NCBI GenBank assembly: GCA_035438625.1
Contig: DAORIS010000001.1
Span: 56,104 to 120,103, forward strand
DNA: 64,000 nucleotides
Direction: 5' to 3'
Source of the DNA: Minisyncoccota bacterium
GTDB lineage: Bacteria; Patescibacteriota; Minisyncoccia; Phycocordibacterales; DAORIS01
Below, in pieces: positions 58,579 to 64,000 of this stretch (its first letter is position 1; each line of letters opens with the position of its first letter). Made by a program: the position numbers and the translations under genes. The notes under the pieces are model-generated. The model ran no database searches. It worked only from the letters and a program-made list of their open reading frames with translations, and was not told the origin of the DNA.

Positions 58579-58899
58579 CTACTTCAACATCTGAGTGATG
58601 CCGTGAAGTTCTTTATCAATTCGATTGACAATCTCCTCAACAGTGATCACTGAGCGAGCGTGCCCACTCTGATCGAGGTTGTTAAGTTCGGTGTCATCAA
58701 AAATCGTGACATGAAACTCATTTTCAACCCTTTGGTTGAGCAGCCTGTAAAAGAACCGGTCGACGATGCCAATTGGATCGTCTTGCAAAGCCGTTTCAGT
58801 GGGCACCTGTTCTGGTCGACCTTCAAATAAGGTCGATTCAGCAACAATCACCTTCACCGATCTTCGAATTGCTTCTTTCGTATGCCATGGTTTCAGCAT
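58579..58899 (-). CDS. Acyl-carrier-protein-like protein lacking the Ppant serine (DS to DR)
   Basis: IRRSVKVIVAE...IGIVDRFFYRLLNQRVENEFHVTIFDD...ITVEEIV; SD GGAGGA before ATG 58899. Confidence 0.68.
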   Translation of the reverse strand: MLKPWHTKEAIRRSVKVIVAESTLFEGRPEQVPTETALQDDPIGIVDRFFYRLLNQRVENEFHVTIFDDTELNNLDQSGHARSVITVEEIVNRIDKELHGITQMLK

Positions 58900-59070
58900 G
58901 ATTCCTCCATGTGGTTTGAAATTACTAAAATGTACTGTGCTACAGAGTAACACTGATTCAAGGAACATTATACCATAATTTATTGCAGAAATCAACGATT
59001 TTATATTTTTCCACACCACGAACCACTCTCAAGGTGACAAGTTACTATATATCATATATGCTATATAGAT

Positions 59071-60582
59071 ATGAATTCATACACAAAAGAGATAGGGGTA
59101 ATGATCGGTCGATTCAGGGAACACGCGGGCCTAACACAGGGTAAATTGGCAGAAATGGTAGGCACAACACAAAGCGCTATTGCTCGTATTGAAAAGGGTG
59201 ACCAGAACCTTTCTGCTGAGATGATCATGAAAATCAGCGATGCACTCGAACAAGACCTTATTCGAGTTTCTGATGGATCTCTCAATATTAAAGTTGAAGG
59301 TGGACGAAAGCTCTCAGGAGCAATTGATACAAAGACTTCAAAAAACGGTGCCATGGGACTCCTTGCCGCTTCCCTCCTTAACCACGGAAAAACAACACTC
59401 AAAAACGTACCAAAGATTGAAGAAGTAAAGAGAATGATTGAAGTATTCGCTTCAATGGGTATCAGTATTGAATGGAAAGGACCGGATCTCGAAATCCAAG
59501 TACCAAAGAAAATAGATTTTAAAAATATTGATGTTGCAGCGGCTGAGCGCACTCGAAGCATCATCATGCTTATTGGCCCCCTCATTCACCACGCAAAGAA
59601 ATTCAGTCTTCCACAAGCTGGTGGTTGCAAACTTGGATCACGAACCGTTCGACCACACCTCTTTGCACTTGAGAAATTTGGAGTACATGTTGAATCAAAA
59701 GAGCGCTCATACGATATTTCAGCACCAAAACTTCAACCTGCTGAAATTGTTCTCTATGAATCAGGTGACACAGTAACTGAAAACGCAATCATTGCAGCTG
59801 CAGGAATTCCAGGAAAAACTATCATCAAATATGCCTCAGCGAACTACATGGGACAAGAGGTATGTTTCTTCCTCGAAAAACTCGGTGTAAAAATTGATGG
59901 AATCGGGACAACAACAATCACCGTCCACGGCGTTAAAGATATTGACATGGACGTAACATACTATCTTTCCGAAGATCCGATTGAGTCAATGTTTTTCCTT
60001 GCTGCAGCAATTGTCACCAAGTCTTCCCTCCTCATCCGTCGCTGCCCAATTGAATTCCTCGAAGTAGAATTGATCAAATTAGAGAAGATGGGTTTTAAAT
60101 ATGAAATTGTAAAAGAATATCAATCACACAACGGCCGAACAAAACTTGTTGATATTCAGACTCACCCATCAAAACTCGTTGCCCTTGAAGAAAAGATCGA
60201 GTGCCGACCTTACCCAGGACTTAACATCGACAACTTACCTTTCTTTGCAATCATTGCTACTCAAGCCGAAGGAATGACGTTGATTCACGACTGGGTATAT
60301 GAGAAGCGTGCAATTCACACAAAAGATATTGATAAGCTTGGTGCTGAGACCGTCTTGATTGACCCACATCGATTACAAATCATTGGACCGACACCACTTA
60401 AGGCAGCTGAGGTTATCTGCCCTCCAGCACTCCGCCCAGCAGCAATTCTCCTGATTGGAATGCTTGCAGCAAATGGAACATCAGTACTACGCAATATATA
60501 CAGTATTAACCGAGGATATGAGGACCTTGTTTCACGATTGAACTCAATTGGTGCAAACGTGAAAATTCTTCGAGAATCATAG
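59071..60582 (+). CDS. murA: UDP-GlcNAc 1-carboxyvinyltransferase with N-terminal XRE-type HTH
   Basis: LTQGKLAEMVGTTQSAIARIEKG HTH; SKNGA, GGCKLGSR, RGYE. Confidence 0.93.
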   Translation: MNSYTKEIGVMIGRFREHAGLTQGKLAEMVGTTQSAIARIEKGDQNLSAEMIMKISDALEQDLIRVSDGSLNIKVEGGRKLSGAIDTKTSKNGAMGLLAASLLNHGKTTLKNVPKIEEVKRMIEVFASMGISIEWKGPDLEIQVPKKIDFKNIDVAAAERTRSIIMLIGPLIHHAKKFSLPQAGGCKLGSRTVRPHLFALEKFGVHVESKERSYDISAPKLQPAEIVLYESGDTVTENAIIAAAGIPGKTIIKYASANYMGQEVCFFLEKLGVKIDGIGTTTITVHGVKDIDMDVTYYLSEDPIESMFFLAAAIVTKSSLLIRRCPIEFLEVELIKLEKMGFKYEIVKEYQSHNGRTKLVDIQTHPSKLVALEEKIECRPYPGLNIDNLPFFAIIATQAEGMTLIHDWVYEKRAIHTKDIDKLGAETVLIDPHRLQIIGPTPLKAAEVICPPALRPAAILLIGMLAANGTSVLRNIYSINRGYEDLVSRLNSIGANVKILRES

Positions 60583-60593
60583 ATAATAGGGGC

Positions 60594-62465
60594 GTGTACA
60601 CACTAACCGTATCTCCGCTTGAGATAGGACTCCGAGAACCGCTTACGTACTTTTCATCGAGCGGTTTTTCGCGTGGAGCATTGGTACCCATCAGAATTCG
60701 CAACAAACCTCTCCTTGGTGTTGTAATTGATAGCTCACCTATTCGAAACAGAACTGACATTAAGAACATGCCATTCACCTTAAAAAGACTAGGAAATGGC
60801 GAGGGTGTAATTGGAACACAGAAAGTTGATCCTGCCCTTTTGGAATCTACTTCAATACTTGCTGATGCACACCTTACACTTTCAGGCTCTGTAATTAAGG
60901 CACTCTATCCTGAAATGCCAATTGATCTATTGGAGCAATTGATAACCGCACCAAAACATAAAGCGATTGTAAAGAATCAGCAGGCACGATCTTTTGCATT
61001 ATCAATAGACGGACAGAGAAATAAGATTTTAGAAATAACAAAGGAAGTAACATCCTCAGGAAAAAGTATTGCGATAATTACACCCACACGAGACATAGGT
61101 AAGCACATTGAACAACTCCTTGAAGGCACTGCGCCTACATGTCGACTTGAAGGAACTCTCACAACTGCAAAACAAAAAAAGCTCCGTGAAATTGTCCGCT
61201 CACCAGTTATTCCAATTACAATCACCACCCCACAGTACGCTGCAATCGCTTCAACACGAGCAGACGAGATACTTGCTGTTAATGTTTCTGAGGCAGGTTG
61301 GACGATGGTCAAAGAACCAAGAGTTTCTTTTCTGCAGTGGCTTTCACTGTATACAGAAAAAGCGGGTAAACCAATTACACACCTTGGTAGCACCATTCCT
61401 CTTACAATCGCTACAGGAAGCACGGTAACCATTGACCGAACCCCACTTAAAAAAAGAGTTCGTGGTGTCCTTCAAAAGTTATATGCCGATACAAAGCTAT
61501 CTGAAGAAGTCACGCAAACACTACAGGATGGAAAAAATGTCTTTGTACTTTCATTTAGAAAAGCTCTCTACGGGATTGTTCGCTGTGGGGACTGTGGAGT
61601 TTCTGTTCCCTGCGTGAATTGTGGACTTCCTGTAACCCTTATTCGAAAAGTAGAACCTCGCCCACCTGAAGAATTAGTTGGATTAGCTGGAAGCACCCAA
61701 GCAAAAGATCCGCGCGCATACCATTGCCACCACTGCCAAAGTGAACAACCACTACGAGACCTCTGTGCTAACTGCGGAAGCTGGAGACTGCGCCTCATCA
61801 AGCCAGGCACCGAGTCAGTTTCTGAAGATGTTAAAAAAGCATTTCCTGATGCGAAAGTTATTACGATTGATAAAGATATTGCTTCGACCCCAAAGCGAGC
61901 AGAAGAACTTCTAAAAAAATCCTCGGGTGGAACTATTATTGTCGGAACCATATATGCACTTCCATATCTTAAGAATATTGGGTGCACTGTTATTCCCCAC
62001 CCTGAAAATATGCTTTCAATCCCTCAGTATCACATTCTTGAATCTGCTCGAACACTTATGGAAAAAATTGCCGACATAACTTCCGGCACCATATATATAG
62101 AAGCGCATGAACGTAATGATCAAATCTTGGACCTTCTAATAAAACCAACACTCGAGGAATTTATTGACTCAGAACAAAAACTTCGAGAACAACTTCACTA
62201 TCCCCCATATGGTTCAATCATTACCATCACCACATCTGGAAACCCAACAAAAGTACGTGAGTCACTTGAGACCCTACAACAAGCGTTTATTGCACATGAT
62301 CCAGTTTCATTGCCACTTGTAGTAATGGGTACAAAAGCTAAGGGTGGAGTACGAATTCATATCCAGAAAGGAACATCAGAAAGTGAGTACGGAAGCCTCA
62401 TTTCCTCTATTATTAGCCTCCATCCATCATTTAGACTTACTGTAGACCCATATGGGCTGGAATAG
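60594..62465 (+). CDS. priA: Primosomal protein N' (degenerate helicase motifs)
   Basis: Four CxxC pairs, GTE, IIVGT, YPPY, VDP; no intact Walker A. Confidence 0.8.
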   Translation: MYTLTVSPLEIGLREPLTYFSSSGFSRGALVPIRIRNKPLLGVVIDSSPIRNRTDIKNMPFTLKRLGNGEGVIGTQKVDPALLESTSILADAHLTLSGSVIKALYPEMPIDLLEQLITAPKHKAIVKNQQARSFALSIDGQRNKILEITKEVTSSGKSIAIITPTRDIGKHIEQLLEGTAPTCRLEGTLTTAKQKKLREIVRSPVIPITITTPQYAAIASTRADEILAVNVSEAGWTMVKEPRVSFLQWLSLYTEKAGKPITHLGSTIPLTIATGSTVTIDRTPLKKRVRGVLQKLYADTKLSEEVTQTLQDGKNVFVLSFRKALYGIVRCGDCGVSVPCVNCGLPVTLIRKVEPRPPEELVGLAGSTQAKDPRAYHCHHCQSEQPLRDLCANCGSWRLRLIKPGTESVSEDVKKAFPDAKVITIDKDIASTPKRAEELLKKSSGGTIIVGTIYALPYLKNIGCTVIPHPENMLSIPQYHILESARTLMEKIADITSGTIYIEAHERNDQILDLLIKPTLEEFIDSEQKLREQLHYPPYGSIITITTSGNPTKVRESLETLQQAFIAHDPVSLPLVVMGTKAKGGVRIHIQKGTSESEYGSLISSIISLHPSFRLTVDPYGLE

Positions 62466-62508
62466 CTACAACTTGTCTAAAAACCAGTTATCTGATGATA
62501 TATATCCA

Positions 62509-63045
62509 ATGACAACAATTCTCCAAGCCGAACACCCCACACTTCGAAAGATTGCAGATCCAGTTCAACCAAAAGACCTTGGTTCTGCACATCTCACACG
62601 GATTATTAACTCCATGAAAGAGGCACTAGACTCACAGGACGATGGTGTTGCTATTGCCGCACCTCAAATTGGCTCATCTCTTCGAATTTTCATTGTTTCA
62701 AAGAAAGCATTTAGACGTGGACGAAATGCCGACATGCATGCAGAAGACTTGGTGTGTATTAATCCTGAAATTACAAAACTTTCAAAAGAAAAGAAATTAC
62801 TCCCGGAAGGATGCCTCTCCGTTCGATACTTATACGGAAAGATTGAGCGTAGTACCAAAGCCACGCTTCGTGCATACAATGAACGAGGTGAAATATTCAC
62901 TCGCGGTGCATCAGGGCTACTTGCTCAAATTTTCCAACATGAAGTTGACCACCTAGAAGGAAAACTATTTACCGACCGCGCAGTCGACGTTGAAGACCTC
63001 CCTCCTGAACGTATAAAAGATCATAAGGAACCACAAATCGGATGA
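62509..63045 (+). CDS. def: Peptide deformylase
   Basis: GVAIAAPQIG, EGCLS, QHEVDHLEG. Confidence 0.96.
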   Translation: MTTILQAEHPTLRKIADPVQPKDLGSAHLTRIINSMKEALDSQDDGVAIAAPQIGSSLRIFIVSKKAFRRGRNADMHAEDLVCINPEITKLSKEKKLLPEGCLSVRYLYGKIERSTKATLRAYNERGEIFTRGASGLLAQIFQHEVDHLEGKLFTDRAVDVEDLPPERIKDHKEPQIG

Positions 63046-63932
63046 AACTAATTTTTTTCGGTAGTTCATCGTTTTCAATCTCAGTCCTTGAGTCTCTTCA
63101 AAAAAGAGGGATTACTCCTTCAGGAATTGTAACCACCCCTTACGCCCCACAAGGTCGTGGAAGAGAAGTTAAGCCAAATGTGGTGGCATTATACGCACAG
63201 TTCCATAACATCCCTTTTCTCGCCCCACAGTCAATTCGAGGTGAGCATGCAATAGGGACAGAGTCTAGTATTACCGCACTTGGCGGAGAAGTCTTTCTTG
63301 TGGCTTCCTATGGAAAGATAATTCCAAAAAATATCCTCGATCTACCAGATCGAGGAGTATTGAATATCCATCCTTCCCTCCTTCCAAAGTACCGAGGTCC
63401 TTCTCCAATGCAAAGCATGATCCTTGATGAGACACTTCAAAAAGATGGAATTGGAATTTCCATAATGCTTCTTGATGAACAAATGGATCATGGACCAATC
63501 GTGGCACAAAAAGTTGTTCAACCACTTGCATGGCCAATGAAAGAAGAATCTTTAGAATTGTTTATGGCCGACGAAGGAGCAGCGCTATTTTCTGAGTGTA
63601 TTTCTGATTGGATGAATGGAACAAAAGAAGCAATTGAACAGAATCACGATGAGGCAACCTATACTCATAAGTTTTCAAAAGAAGATGCACGAATACAACT
63701 CACTTCCCTAGCCGACACACGAGATGAACACCTCCACGAAGAGGCATTCCGAAAGTTTTGTGCATTTCACCGATCTCCTGGTGTCTGGTTTACCGATTCC
63801 CACGCAGGACGTGAGATTCGGGTAAAGATAACTGATGTAGCAATGGTTGGTACCATGTTCACTCCTTTAAAAGTGGTTCCTGAGGGACGGAAAGAGATGA
63901 ATTATCAAGACTATCTTCGCGGCAAGAAATAG
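63042..63932 (+). CDS. fmt: Methionyl-tRNA formyltransferase
   Basis: VASYGKII, NIHPSLLPKYRG, MDHGPI; follows def. Confidence 0.94.
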   Translation: MKLIFFGSSSFSISVLESLQKRGITPSGIVTTPYAPQGRGREVKPNVVALYAQFHNIPFLAPQSIRGEHAIGTESSITALGGEVFLVASYGKIIPKNILDLPDRGVLNIHPSLLPKYRGPSPMQSMILDETLQKDGIGISIMLLDEQMDHGPIVAQKVVQPLAWPMKEESLELFMADEGAALFSECISDWMNGTKEAIEQNHDEATYTHKFSKEDARIQLTSLADTRDEHLHEEAFRKFCAFHRSPGVWFTDSHAGREIRVKITDVAMVGTMFTPLKVVPEGRKEMNYQDYLRGKK

Positions 63933-64000
63933 CCTAAAAAGTCTTGAAAAACAAGTGTTCTCTGCTATACTGCCATCCAGGCTTTTTAGTTCTTTGCAGA

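Noticed and set aside
1-64000. Alternative genetic code (UGA=Gly) as in some CPR lineages
   Set aside because: Core genes are full-length in code 11, and TGA ends genes at sensible positions (e.g. 10930, 20325, 63045).

Overview
This is a 64-kb chromosomal segment that looks like a Patescibacteria (CPR, most likely Parcubacteria) genome using the standard genetic code. The lineage call is inferred from gene content and style. The backbone is housekeeping: cell wall and division (ddl, dacA-like, mraY, ftsW, murG, murF, ftsI, ftsL-like, rsmH, mraZ, mrdA, mreBCD, a second mreB, an HTH-murA fusion), translation (trpS, gltX, cysS, lysS, proS, rpmA, rplI, rplU, frr, def, fmt, tRNA-Glu) and replication/repair (dnaB, recR, rmuC, holB-like, degenerate priA, scpAB). 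The most striking pattern is two gene-expression grammars. Core genes lack a Shine-Dalgarno (SD) site and carry a TAnnnT -10 box 6-10 nt before the start codon (leaderless or near-leaderless). About 17 orphan accessory genes sit between them as self-contained units with a 5' UTR and an SD, usually with a -35/-10 promoter and an intrinsic terminator. These orphans include PVC-type proteins (PEP-CTERM, prepilin/H-X9-DG, MauE/DoxX), two acyl-carrier-protein-like paralogs lacking the phosphopantetheine serine, and two membrane-anchored Zn-ribbon proteins. An intergenic structured element at 27.6-27.85 kb carries a 17-nt near-copy of a canonical 16S rRNA 3' end and could link the two grammars. No CRISPR array, rRNA gene, integrase or transposase was seen. 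All family calls come from motif recognition by eye; no database searches were run.
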